From positions 1 to 64,000 of the IMG/VR virus record IMGVR_UViG_3300035659_000003: a stretch of 64,000 nt of DNA; one strand, written 5' to 3'. A program made the position numbers and the translations under genes. This document shows, one piece after another, positions 9,431-18,291 of this stretch. Every line of letters starts with the position of its first letter. The first letter of the stretch is position 1. This DNA comes from a virus. The notes below the pieces were generated by a model that ran no database searches, was not told where the DNA came from, and saw nothing but the letters and a program-made list of their open reading frames with translations.

Positions 9431-9754
9431 TCAACGTCCGCTGGTAGGTGGCGCGGCATCCTGCTCCTCCTTTACGATTGCCTCCTTGAAGGCATCGAGA
9501 AGCTGGATGACTCTCCTAATCCAATGCGTGTCGCTGCCCGACGTGGTCGCATAGGTCTTCATCGACACCCTGGGGTACCTGGTAGGCTCCCCTAGCCAGG
9601 TCGTGTAGGTCAGCACGCGCAGATAGACGTCCCAGCCATCCTCCTGCACGCGGTAGAGCTGAGCATGAAGCTGATAGACATCGACAGAGTCCTTCTCCGC
9701 GCCCTTCCACGTGGCGGGCACTTCTCTGCGCACGGTCTCGTCGTACAGCTTCAT
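9431..9754 (-). CDS. hypothetical protein
   Basis: ATGA overlap with the upstream gene. Confidence 0.55.
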   Translation of the reverse strand: MKLYDETVRREVPATWKGAEKDSVDVYQLHAQLYRVQEDGWDVYLRVLTYTTWLGEPTRYPRVSMKTYATTSGSDTHWIRRVIQLLDAFKEAIVKEEQDAAPPTSGR

Positions 9755-10338
9755 TGGGGAAGAATCCCGTAGTCCGTCACCTGGCGCATGAACTCCTCAG
9801 CCTTTGCTAGGGCCTTAGTGCCGGTCTTCGTGGCCGGAAGCGTGTGGGTCAGAATCCACCAGAAGCCGTCGATGTAGGCTAACACCTGATGCCAGACAGA
9901 CGGCTCTACGTTCTCGATAGCGTTTGAGAAGGCGCGCTCAACAGCAGGTCGCAAGTGCGCGGCTAGCGCAGGGAACTTGGGCGGCTCCCCATCCCTGGCG
10001 AAGTCGTCCAGGAGGGCCTCGGTTAGGAGAAGGAGCATCGTGCGAACATTCTCCTTGTCGAGCGGGTCAACGAAGGTCGCCGCCGCTGCCGCGCCGCAAA
10101 CGAACCACCGGAACTCGATCATGGGTAGGTAGGCCACGTAGCCCTCCATCACCAGGTCGATGACCGCCGGATCGCTGTGGGAGATCGCAGAAATAGGCGG
10201 GATGTCCTTCAGGGCGCGCAGCCGCAGCACGGGGTCGCCGACGATATAGAAGCCGCGCGGCTCGAACCGTGCAACGCCGAGCGCCTCCAGATAGGCGATC
10301 CGATCCTTGGCCGTAACAGAATAGTCGATGGTGCTCAT
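9751..10338 (-). CDS. hypothetical protein
   Basis: ATGA overlaps; globular composition. Confidence 0.6.
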   Translation of the reverse strand: MSTIDYSVTAKDRIAYLEALGVARFEPRGFYIVGDPVLRLRALKDIPPISAISHSDPAVIDLVMEGYVAYLPMIEFRWFVCGAAAAATFVDPLDKENVRTMLLLLTEALLDDFARDGEPPKFPALAAHLRPAVERAFSNAIENVEPSVWHQVLAYIDGFWWILTHTLPATKTGTKALAKAEEFMRQVTDYGILPQ

Positions 10339-10922
10339 CGCTTGCCCAGCCCGTCTCTGACGGCCTTACTGAAGGTCTTGTCGATGCTTGCGGAAAACCC
10401 CTTCGCGCCGTCATCCTTGGGATCGACCGCTGCGTTCCGACGAATCTCCTCGATCTCGGCCTCGCTCGCTGGCGCAGTTCGAGGCTTACCAATCTGGATG
10501 CCCTGAACCGCTGCCGCCTTCAGCATCGGATTGTCCTCCGGTGCCACAGCGGGAAGCTCGTCCACGACCTCCGCGATATCCTCTATTCGCGCAGGAGCAG
10601 CGACGATGGGAACCGGCGAGGCAACCAGCCGCGTGGGGGTAGTGTGCACCGCGTCGCTGACGACGATGCCGTAGGTCTCGCGCAGCGTGATTGCCGTCCG
10701 CATCATCGCATCTTTTGTCAGGATCAGGGAGTCCGTGAGCTTGCTCACCTTCTCCTGCAAACTCGCAAAGCGGTTCAGCAAGACAGCGCGGGACGGGATG
10801 GGTGCTTCCTGTGGTTCCTCCTGAACCGGCGGTGCCTCGGCTACCTTATCTTTCCTGGTCAAGTTCCACCTCCGAATCCAGTCCGCCTGGGACTGGAACA
10901 TTCTACGCGCCAGCGACGGCAA
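10335..10922 (-). CDS. hypothetical protein with coiled coil (start uncertain)
   Basis: ORF track; coupled to neighbours. Confidence 0.55.
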   Translation of the reverse strand: MPSLARRMFQSQADWIRRWNLTRKDKVAEAPPVQEEPQEAPIPSRAVLLNRFASLQEKVSKLTDSLILTKDAMMRTAITLRETYGIVVSDAVHTTPTRLVASPVPIVAAPARIEDIAEVVDELPAVAPEDNPMLKAAAVQGIQIGKPRTAPASEAEIEEIRRNAAVDPKDDGAKGFSASIDKTFSKAVRDGLGKR

Positions 10923-11072
10923 CGAGGATGGCTCCGACGACTACCGCCAGCCCTCCGGCCATAGCGATCGTCCGGCGGTCGAGCAGTGCACCCTCAAGCA
11001 AGGCACTCGGTGCAAGCAGGGCTGCGACCAGCCAAGTAGCCCCCATCGCGACAGTGCCTCGGGCAAACCAGA

Positions 11073-11915
11073 TTAACTCAAGCATCCCTTGGGCTTCTTC
11101 TCGCTGGCGGCCTTGGTCTTCTTCGCTGCGTCGTCGGGCAGGGCGGGGTCGGCGGTGAGAATCGAGTCAACGAAGCCGAGCCTGAGTGCATCGTCGCTGT
11201 TGATCCACCAGTCCGTGCGCTTCCACTTGGCGGCGATCTGCCGCTCGGTCATCTTAGAGCGCGACGCGAAGATGTGCAGGATGCGCTTCTGGATCGCATT
11301 GACCCACTTCACCGTGTCCTCGATCTCCCCGATCTTACCGCTTGAGCCGAAGCTGGCCTCATGAATCAGGAGCCACGCTTCGCGGCCCATGATACGCTTG
11401 CTACCGGCCTGCAGGAGAATCCCTGCCATGCTAGCGGCCATACCCAGAGTAATCGTAGTGATCTCGTGCCCCTTGCGCCGAAGCACCTGGATGTAGTCGA
11501 ACAGCGTCATACCGGAGATGATCTCCCCGCCAGGGCTGTTGAAAACGATCTCAATCGGGCACTCAGGAACCGTCCGTGCCCAGATTGCCAACTGCGCGAT
11601 GCACTGCTTCACGGAGGCGTCACTAACGACGCCATTGAACGTGTACGTGAAGTGATACTCGTCGGCAGTCAGCTCCTTCTCGCGCTTGGTGCGCTCGCGC
11701 TCCAGGCCCATCTCGGACAGCTCAGCCCGAACCACGGACTCGCGCACGTCGTTGTCGAGCCGCTCGGTCTCCTTGTCCGCGCGCCGCGCCTCGGAGAGGG
11801 CCTTCGTTGCTTCGGCCTTGGCCTTCTCTGCCTCCGCCCGCACGTGATCGCGCTTGGCCTCTAGCAGCTCTTCCTTCAGCCGCTGTTCCGGTTCGGGTGT
11901 CGTCTTCTCGGCCAT
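11073..11915 (-). CDS. clpP: ClpP-like serine protease with an N-terminal coiled coil
   Basis: NSPGG, AASMA (Ser), LIHE (His), TDWW..DDA (Asp), GFVD. Confidence 0.88.
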   Translation of the reverse strand: MAEKTTPEPEQRLKEELLEAKRDHVRAEAEKAKAEATKALSEARRADKETERLDNDVRESVVRAELSEMGLERERTKREKELTADEYHFTYTFNGVVSDASVKQCIAQLAIWARTVPECPIEIVFNSPGGEIISGMTLFDYIQVLRRKGHEITTITLGMAASMAGILLQAGSKRIMGREAWLLIHEASFGSSGKIGEIEDTVKWVNAIQKRILHIFASRSKMTERQIAAKWKRTDWWINSDDALRLGFVDSILTADPALPDDAAKKTKAASEKKPKGCLS

Positions 11916-11950
11916 AGTGTTGTTCTCCCTCTGCTCGCTTGATTATCCCT

Positions 11951-11958
11951 AGTATACC
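11951..11958 (-). promoter_or_regulatory. sigma70-type -10 box GGTATACT
   Basis: The same octamer precedes the units at 25708 and 43508. Confidence 0.45.
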
Positions 11959-11987
11959 TCGCCGCTCGACCCACTCGATGGGCTTTT

Positions 11988-12305
11988 CTACTCTAACCTG
12001 TTCCGAATTGCCAGGAAGACGTCCGGCAGGCCGCTCAGCGTTCGGCCCACAAGGGCCAAGGCTAGGCCATCGATAAACCAAGCGACTACCCCAGGCTGCA
12101 CGTCGGCAAACCGCGCGAACAGGGCCAGCGTCAGGCCCGCCCATGTTGCCACGCACAGCCGACAACCGATTCCCTGGCCGAGGAAGGGGCTGAAACCCTC
12201 AACGAGCCGCCTCACGGGGGCGAACAGGCCGCCCTCAGCCACAATCGTGGCCCCTTGCCCACACGCCAACGCTAGCAGCACGAATAGCCACACGTTAGCC
12301 AACAA
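11988..12305 (-). CDS. DUF1360-like membrane protein
   Basis: F.PVR...CxxC..W between hydrophobic helices. Confidence 0.6.
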   Translation of the reverse strand: MLANVWLFVLLALACGQGATIVAEGGLFAPVRRLVEGFSPFLGQGIGCRLCVATWAGLTLALFARFADVQPGVVAWFIDGLALALVGRTLSGLPDVFLAIRNRLE

Positions 12306-12792
12306 AGTGCTTCTCCTTGATGTCGTCGGTGCGGCGTGACTGCTCTCGGCTCAGGGCGAAGTAGTGAGCCTTGTAAATCTCTATCTGGGCCTGGAGTGCC
12401 TCCACGACCGCCCGCTTCGTAACCAGGGCGCGGGTGAGCTTGGTCAATACCGGATCGCTGTCGACGGCAACGGCCCTGAGAACTTCCTTGACCTGGCGCT
12501 TCTCGCTTGCCAGTCTCGCCATCGCACGCCCCAGCAACAACTCGTAGATCGTCTCGAATGCGTGCAGGTCTAGCGCGGCCATCCCCAACAGCCTAGAACC
12601 GTAACCCTGCCAGCCTGACAGCCTTCCCATGAGCTGCCCTAGCTGAATCGAGGTCAGCGCTGTGACGTCTTCGGGCCACTCGTACTCAGCAGCGTACCCC
12701 GCAGGACGTTTTGGCAGCGGCAACGCACCCTTTTCCAAGAGCTGCTCAGCGTGCTTGACCGCGCTCTGATACGACCAGGCCTCTTCGCTCAT
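12295..12792 (-). CDS. helical protein, possible recombination mediator (UvsY-like)
   Basis: All-helical, ends ALSREQSRR, lies in the recA/exonuclease operon. Confidence 0.4.
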   Translation of the reverse strand: MSEEAWSYQSAVKHAEQLLEKGALPLPKRPAGYAAEYEWPEDVTALTSIQLGQLMGRLSGWQGYGSRLLGMAALDLHAFETIYELLLGRAMARLASEKRQVKEVLRAVAVDSDPVLTKLTRALVTKRAVVEALQAQIEIYKAHYFALSREQSRRTDDIKEKHFVG

Positions 12793-13595
12793 CGCTTTGC
12801 TCTCCCCAGCCGCCGCTTGATGTCCTGCGCCAATGCCGCGTCGCCGTCCTGAAGCCGGAAGCAGGGGTCTCGGTGCCAGCAAGTACGGCAGTTCGGGTGT
12901 CCCTTCAAGAACGGCGGGGCGATCAGCCGCTTCTCGATGCAGGCCCCCTGAGCCACCTCCGCGTTACTCAGCAGCTTACGCCACACGTCCTCCTCGTAGG
13001 CGATCAGATAGACTTTGTACTCCTGGGTATCCTTGTCCTCGAACAGCAAGAACCCATCCATCTTGATGGGACAAGCCCGCAAGTAGGTCAGCAACTGCCC
13101 GACGTATTTTGCGTGCTGCTTGGCCAGGGCATAGAGGTTAGTGCGAGGGTCGCGCGGGGGCGGCAGCCGCTTGAAGCCACCGCTCGAGATACTCTTCAGG
13201 TCGCCCAGGAATAGCTCGTTCCGAGTCGCCACAGGGCGTCGGAGAATGAGGTCTGCCGTCCCGCTGACCATCAGAGGATCGCGCAGCGCGAGCTTGATAT
13301 CCCACGCCCGCAGCATCCCCTGCTCTGCGAAGTAGGCCGTCCAGCGAACGTGCATACTCTTGCCGGTGTCGAAGATGCGCCCCAGGCGCGCCTCCACGGG
13401 GGACTTGTGCCCCAGCAGGCCGAGCTGGATGCTGCGCTGGCAGGGGTCTACAGCGCCGGACGGGTGGAGAAAGCAACTGGGCGACCACCAATCTTCCGGC
13501 TGCCGCTTGGCGAAGAACTCGTCCATCGCAGGCGTGATCCAATCGTCCGCCGCGAGGGATCGCAACAGCCCGATCAGTCCGCCAGTGCTAGCCAT
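12789..13595 (-). CDS. Cas4-like PD-(D/E)xK exonuclease
   Basis: HPS...C, G..MH, GTAD, DLKS, Q..Y and C-terminal CxxC-x5-C (Fe-S ligands). Confidence 0.8.
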   Translation of the reverse strand: MASTGGLIGLLRSLAADDWITPAMDEFFAKRQPEDWWSPSCFLHPSGAVDPCQRSIQLGLLGHKSPVEARLGRIFDTGKSMHVRWTAYFAEQGMLRAWDIKLALRDPLMVSGTADLILRRPVATRNELFLGDLKSISSGGFKRLPPPRDPRTNLYALAKQHAKYVGQLLTYLRACPIKMDGFLLFEDKDTQEYKVYLIAYEEDVWRKLLSNAEVAQGACIEKRLIAPPFLKGHPNCRTCWHRDPCFRLQDGDAALAQDIKRRLGRAKR

Positions 13596-14013
13596 TCCAA
13601 CCCTTTCCCCGCGCTCGCCGCCTGCGCGTACTCACCTCGCCGAGCTTATCGATGTCGTGCAAGAATAGGGCGATCTCTCCTGCTACCGCACCCTCGTCGG
13701 TTACATCCTTCACGATAAGCGTGGGCAGGGAGAAGTTCTCCCAAAGCCACTGCGCACGGGCCGCGTCTCGCTTGCCCCAGTGAGCAGGGCCATTATACTC
13801 GATCACCGCGTGGCATTCCGGCAGGTAGATATCCAGCTTATACACCCCCGCCGGTTGCTCGGCAACCGTCGTGTAGCCCATCCCCTGAAGGATACTAATC
13901 AACTTCTGATGAGGCCGACTCAACTCCGTCGGCGGCGGCCCCTGAAGCCGAGGTGCCTTCGAGTGCCTCGTGGACGGCTGCCCAGAGTCGGGTTTTGACT
14001 TTCTCATTCTCAT
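13588..14013 (-). CDS. DUF559/Vsr-like endonuclease
   Basis: EQ...YKLDIY.....VIEYNG..H..RD..R...L motif. Confidence 0.75.
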   Translation of the reverse strand: MRMRKSKPDSGQPSTRHSKAPRLQGPPPTELSRPHQKLISILQGMGYTTVAEQPAGVYKLDIYLPECHAVIEYNGPAHWGKRDAARAQWLWENFSLPTLIVKDVTDEGAVAGEIALFLHDIDKLGEVSTRRRRARGKGWNG

Positions 14014-14968
14014 CCAGCCATGCGATCAACCTGGCCCTGCCGAAGAACTTTTGATCCTCGAACTCGTAGTGCGGAGGCTTCCCACTTATCAAGCTCAGGT
14101 CTACGGCGACGTCGACCAGCCCCGCCGTCAGCTCTAGATGTCCGGTGCGGAAGTAGAACGGGATGGCGCAGCTCTGGAAGGGTGGGGCCTGCTTGTTCTT
14201 ATCGGTGCGGAACCCCATATTGAACCCTACCCGCCGCTGATCCTCGCCCTTCTTCGGAGACTTCTCGGTTAGCCAGCCCTCGCGGGTCACACGAACGATG
14301 CCCCATGCCCAGAACAACTGCCCCACGCCGCCAGGGAAGGTCTCCCCCGCGCCGAGGCGCTGCCCACCGATGGCTACGCGGGTCTGGTTCGTGAACAGCA
14401 CGACGCTGTGGGTGTTGACGTCTAGTAGGCGGCGGCAGCCGCCGTTGATCAAGCGCGCCTGCCCGCCGACCACGATCTTATCCATACCCTCTTCGGCCTC
14501 GGCGGTAGGCACCATCGCGGCTAGGCTGTCGACCACGATGAGATCAACTTTCGCTCGCGCCAGGGCCAGCACGACGTCGAACGCCTTCTCGCCCGTGCCA
14601 GGCTGCGACACTAGCAGATTGTCGGTATCGATGCCGACCTTGCGGAACCACTCTTCGTTGTAACACCGCTCCGCGTCGATGTAGGCCGCCACCCCTCCCT
14701 GCTGCTGCACCGCCTTGATCGCAAGTTGAGTGAAGTACGTCTTGCCGACGGCGTAGCGACCCACGACCAGATAGAACCGGCCACGGGCCAAGCCTCCGCC
14801 CAGCATATCATCTAGGGGAGTAACGCCCAGCGGAATCGCCTTGAGCTTCAGTACGGGGTCGGAACCGAACAGCAACGAGGTCTCCTTCATCTTCTTGTTG
14901 ACCTCTTCTCGAACCTCGCGCACCCGATCAACCGGCTGCGCTTTAGCGGCTTGCTTTACCACGCTCAT
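13895..14968 (-). CDS. recA: RecA-family recombinase
   Basis: LGGGLARGR, GRYAVGKT, YIDAE, LIVVDSLAA, FTNQ, KNK.APPF. Confidence 0.93.
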   Translation of the reverse strand: MSVVKQAAKAQPVDRVREVREEVNKKMKETSLLFGSDPVLKLKAIPLGVTPLDDMLGGGLARGRFYLVVGRYAVGKTYFTQLAIKAVQQQGGVAAYIDAERCYNEEWFRKVGIDTDNLLVSQPGTGEKAFDVVLALARAKVDLIVVDSLAAMVPTAEAEEGMDKIVVGGQARLINGGCRRLLDVNTHSVVLFTNQTRVAIGGQRLGAGETFPGGVGQLFWAWGIVRVTREGWLTEKSPKKGEDQRRVGFNMGFRTDKNKQAPPFQSCAIPFYFRTGHLELTAGLVDVAVDLSLISGKPPHYEFEDQKFFGRARLIAWLDENEKVKTRLWAAVHEALEGTSASGAAADGVESASSEVD

Positions 14969-15155
14969 CCCTCACCTTTCGTGCCCGTGCCAGCTCGTCA
15001 TACGTGCTGGGGGACACCACTAAGCTCACGCTCAACTGACAGCCGCTGCACGTGCCGGTTAGGGCAATCCCTGGCGGCTCGGCATACTCGCTGCACGTCC
15101 GCAGGCTAGTGATTGCTCGCGAGTGCCCACAGGCATAGCAGTAGGCGGAGATCAT
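14943..15155 (-). CDS. zinc-ribbon microprotein
   Basis: YCYACG...GTCSGC. Confidence 0.55.
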   Translation of the reverse strand: MISAYCYACGHSRAITSLRTCSEYAEPPGIALTGTCSGCQLSVSLVVSPSTYDELARARKVRDERGKASR

Positions 15156-15826
15156 GCCTCGGGAGTTTCCGGCAGGGCAGCCCTCCGTACCATCGCAGCC
15201 AGCGTGGTAATGTTCGCCTTGACTTTCTCGTCGAAGGCCTCCAGCGCGACAACGCGCTCGGCTAGGGTTGAGCCCGTTTCAGACTCGATGAGCTTGTCAT
15301 CCACCAACTCGCCGATGGTGTCGTTGATGCGCACGAACGCCAAGACTCCGGCAGCTAGTGACACCTCGATCTGGCCCTCGACGTCGGTGTAGGGGTTGAT
15401 GCCCCTGATCGCCAGTGCGGGCCGAATGTTCCCGAACTGGGCCGAAGGGATTGTCGCTCCCAAGTCGACGTCGACGCGCAGGTCTGGGTTGATGCCAGGG
15501 CCAGGAGAGGTCTTACCTTCGTGTGAAGGGAACTTCGCCGGATTCGCGGGCTTCGCGTCCGTTAGCGGCAGCGCAATCTGCTCAGGGGGGCCTGCTGCCG
15601 GTGCTGGTGTCTTCAGCTCCTCCTGGATGGCCTCCGCAATGACCTCTTGCGCGCTACCAGGCGATGTCGGGGTCTTCACCTTGGGAGGCGACTTCGGGCT
15701 CGGCGTCGAGGCCGAGACTGATGAGTCCTTCGTCGGGCTTGGGGATAGGCCGTCCGGTGGGTCTTTCTTCATGAGTCGCTCCCGTAGGGACTCCCGTGGG
15801 GAAGTCGTCTGTGCCTGCTCGTCCAT
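15152..15826 (-). CDS. hypothetical protein with a disordered N-terminus overlapping the SSB gene
   Basis: GGAGG 9 nt before the ATG at 15826; start uncertain. Confidence 0.55.
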   Translation of the reverse strand: MDEQAQTTSPRESLRERLMKKDPPDGLSPSPTKDSSVSASTPSPKSPPKVKTPTSPGSAQEVIAEAIQEELKTPAPAAGPPEQIALPLTDAKPANPAKFPSHEGKTSPGPGINPDLRVDVDLGATIPSAQFGNIRPALAIRGINPYTDVEGQIEVSLAAGVLAFVRINDTIGELVDDKLIESETGSTLAERVVALEAFDEKVKANITTLAAMVRRAALPETPEA

Positions 15827-16451
15827 AAGCGATGTCCTCCAATGATGTCAGAGTGGGAATGATGCTGGTGATGTCGGCGCGGATCGGAGCGGGAATGTCC
15901 GCGAGGAGATCGTACGAGGTCTCTAGCTTCTCGCCCGATCGGATTAGGGTGTAGTCGCGATCCGTGAGGGAGCCTATCCGCACGTAGTAGGTGTCCATCT
16001 TCGCTGCCAAGCGTGACCCTGCCAGGAGCAGTCTAGGAGCCTCGACCGGCTCGCGGTAGCAAACCATGTTCCCGTAGACGACCTGCTCCCAGGGCTTCGT
16101 ACCGGCCCGCGTGGAGGGGTTCTGCCTGGTGTGGTCGATGTAGTAGACCCACACCCAGTAGAAGGTGAGGAGACGCGAACGCGCGGAGTCCTCCTTGTTG
16201 CTGGCGCAGATCTCACAGGTATCGTCCTCGGAGCATAGAATGGGATCGCCGACACGGGTCTTCCCCGTTGCCGTGGTGACCGCCAGTCGGTGGAACTTGC
16301 CCACCACAAAGTCCTGCTGCTCGGTCAGGATTCTGATCTTAGATGCCTCTCCGCTGGCACGCAAGACGAGGAAGCGGCTCCCGCTGAACCCCTCCTGCGA
16401 CTGCTTGCTCAGGTAGTCTTGCAGGGCATCGCGCCCTCTGCTAATTGGCAA
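15654..16451 (-). CDS. single-stranded DNA-binding protein (gp32-like)
   Basis: RF...KIRIL, H..C..CxxC, DRDY...RSG...TSY; acidic tail ending in W. Confidence 0.75.
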   Translation of the reverse strand: MPISRGRDALQDYLSKQSQEGFSGSRFLVLRASGEASKIRILTEQQDFVVGKFHRLAVTTATGKTRVGDPILCSEDDTCEICASNKEDSARSRLLTFYWVWVYYIDHTRQNPSTRAGTKPWEQVVYGNMVCYREPVEAPRLLLAGSRLAAKMDTYYVRIGSLTDRDYTLIRSGEKLETSYDLLADIPAPIRADITSIIPTLTSLEDIAYGRAGTDDFPTGVPTGATHEERPTGRPIPKPDEGLISLGLDAEPEVASQGEDPDIAW

Positions 16452-16941
16452 ATGCTGCCTCCCTTCGCCCTTCTAGGAATCTCCGAATCTCGTTTCTGGC
16501 GCGGTAGAACCCCTTGTGGCCTGGCACGGGGTCTCCGAACGCTGGGCGGGCACCGCGCCCGCCGGTCTCCAGGACGACTCGGATAAACCGGATCGCGTCC
16601 TTGCTCAAGCCCGCGTGCTCAAGATCGATCTGAAATTCCGCGTTAGCCAGGGTGCGCGCTGAGGAGCTGCTATGAAGCGCCCCAGCATGCGTCTCCAAGC
16701 CGACCGCGTGACGGGCATCCCGCAGGCTCACCCGCTGCATATCCAACACGCAGTTGCGGGCCACTGTCCTAAAGTATACGGCAACAGGCAAGCGCAAATC
16801 AGGGTTTTCGGTGGTTATTTTGTGGAGTTTGATCGTCAGTATTTGCTCCACGTCGTCCCGATCCAGGCCCATACGAGCAGCCTGGCCGCGCCAATAGGCT
16901 ATGGTGGGCTGGCAAGCTGCCAGCGCCTCGTCAAACGTCAT
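16441..16941 (-). CDS. ECF-like RNA polymerase sigma factor
   Basis: Region 2 DRDDVEQ and YFRTVARNCVLDMQR; region 4 remnant RARNEIRRFL; AAGGAGG RBS. Confidence 0.75.
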   Translation of the reverse strand: MTFDEALAACQPTIAYWRGQAARMGLDRDDVEQILTIKLHKITTENPDLRLPVAVYFRTVARNCVLDMQRVSLRDARHAVGLETHAGALHSSSSARTLANAEFQIDLEHAGLSKDAIRFIRVVLETGGRGARPAFGDPVPGHKGFYRARNEIRRFLEGRREAAFAN

Positions 16942-16978
16942 GGGTATCGCCTCCTTCTGAAAATTGCCTTCTGGAGAA

Positions 16979-17007
16979 ACGATACCAGGCTTTGCGCCCG
17001 TTGTCAA
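16979..17007 (-). promoter_or_regulatory. near-consensus sigma70 promoter for the sigma gene
   Basis: TTGACA-N17-TATCGT with extended TG and an upstream A-tract. Confidence 0.75.
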
Positions 17008-17438
17008 GCATTTTTTAGGGCCACTCTATGAATAATGGCGTGACATCGACGGCACAAGGTTGTTAGATTATCTCGGGAGTTATTGGTGCGGTCGCCATCC
17101 CGATGATGAACCCCCAGTTTCTCCGTCGTTCCGCACGTCTGGCAGCAACCCTCAAGCCCGCGTATAAGTTTTGAGATCGCCTGCCAAAGCCGACCGTAGT
17201 GACTAACCGAGATACCACCTCGCCAGCAAGGATGATTCGGCCCGCGCTTCTTGTCAGACATCACGCGCCGCGCTGCTGGTGCAACGGCATGGCCGCTCGC
17301 GTTGTGATTGCCCAAACTCGCTTGGCGCATTCTCTCACGAAACTCAAGGGAGCGCCTGCCCCGCGCAGACGTATTACCGAGATGCGCTTGGCGGTTTTTC
17401 TCGTTCGCTTCAGCCGAGTGGCGATAGCCTTGTGGCAT
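17004..17438 (-). mobile_element. free-standing NUMOD3-HNH homing endonuclease
   Basis: HSAE..EK repeats, NHP.WRGG, CxxCG...VHH.DGD..NN...NL..LCxxCH. Confidence 0.85.
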
Positions 17439-18291
17439 CTGAGACTGCCTTTCTAAGTTCCTCGCAGTCACATTCGGCAGGGTCTTTCTTAGGCAGCGTA
17501 GCTACCCTGGCCCTTCCGCCCAGCAGCTTCATTGCGCGCTTAGTCGCGTCATGACCAGCGGCATCCATATCAAAGCAGAGGGTCACTTCCATGTAATTAG
17601 CGTTGATAATTTGCGCCTGTGCCTTTGACATAGACATGCCCAAAATAGCGACAACCGCATGCAGCCCGCATTGGTATGCCCACAAGCAGTCGAGTGGGCC
17701 TTCCACCACAATAAGGGGCTCGTTAGATGAGCGATGATCCCAACCAAATAGAATGCGTGATTTTGGCATACGCGGAGTATACTCGTAGCGAGGATATCCC
17801 TCCGGAATGGGCGGCACATGCCGGTAGATCAGGCCCACGGTATCCCCCTGCCACGTCACGGGGATGACAATCGCCTGGCGTGCGAAGTCCCACCCCACGT
17901 GCCAAGCCCTGAGCGTGTCCGGCGTGAAGCCGCGCTCGATCATGTAGTGATGCGTCTTGCCCTCAACGTAGTGGAACTCGGGTGGGCCGACGACCTCCTT
18001 CTCCGCCCCGACGGTTAGCGTCGGCGCTTCCGGCATCGCGGAGACCACCTTGCTATCCAGGTAGTACTGCGCGGTCTGATAACTACAGCCCAGGACGCGC
18101 TGCGCCAGGGTCAGTATGCCGCCCTGCCCACAGCCGGTGTAGCAAATCCACGCCCCCGTGTCTGAGTTGATTGCGAAGCTCGGATGGCTATCGTTGTGGA
18201 GTGGGCACAGCCCGATTAGCTCCGTATCGCTCTCGCTGGTGATCTCGATTCCCAGCACGCGGACAGCGGCGCGTACATCAATCCGCCGCAC
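17410..18291 (-). CDS. dnaG: DNA primase (CHC2 zinc finger plus TOPRIM)
   Basis: CPLH.D.HPS...C...C, VVEGPLD, FDMDAAG, KDP; GTG start with GAGGAG RBS. Confidence 0.9.
   Translation of the reverse strand: MRRIDVRAAVRVLGIEITSESDTELIGLCPLHNDSHPSFAINSDTGAWICYTGCGQGGILTLAQRVLGCSYQTAQYYLDSKVVSAMPEAPTLTVGAEKEVVGPPEFHYVEGKTHHYMIERGFTPDTLRAWHVGWDFARQAIVIPVTWQGDTVGLIYRHVPPIPEGYPRYEYTPRMPKSRILFGWDHRSSNEPLIVVEGPLDCLWAYQCGLHAVVAILGMSMSKAQAQIINANYMEVTLCFDMDAAGHDATKRAMKLLGGRARVATLPKKDPAECDCEELRKAVSDATRLSPLG

Noticed and set aside
12789-13595. Cas4-like gene as part of a CRISPR system
   Set aside because: No repeat-spacer array or other cas genes seen; the context is the recombination operon
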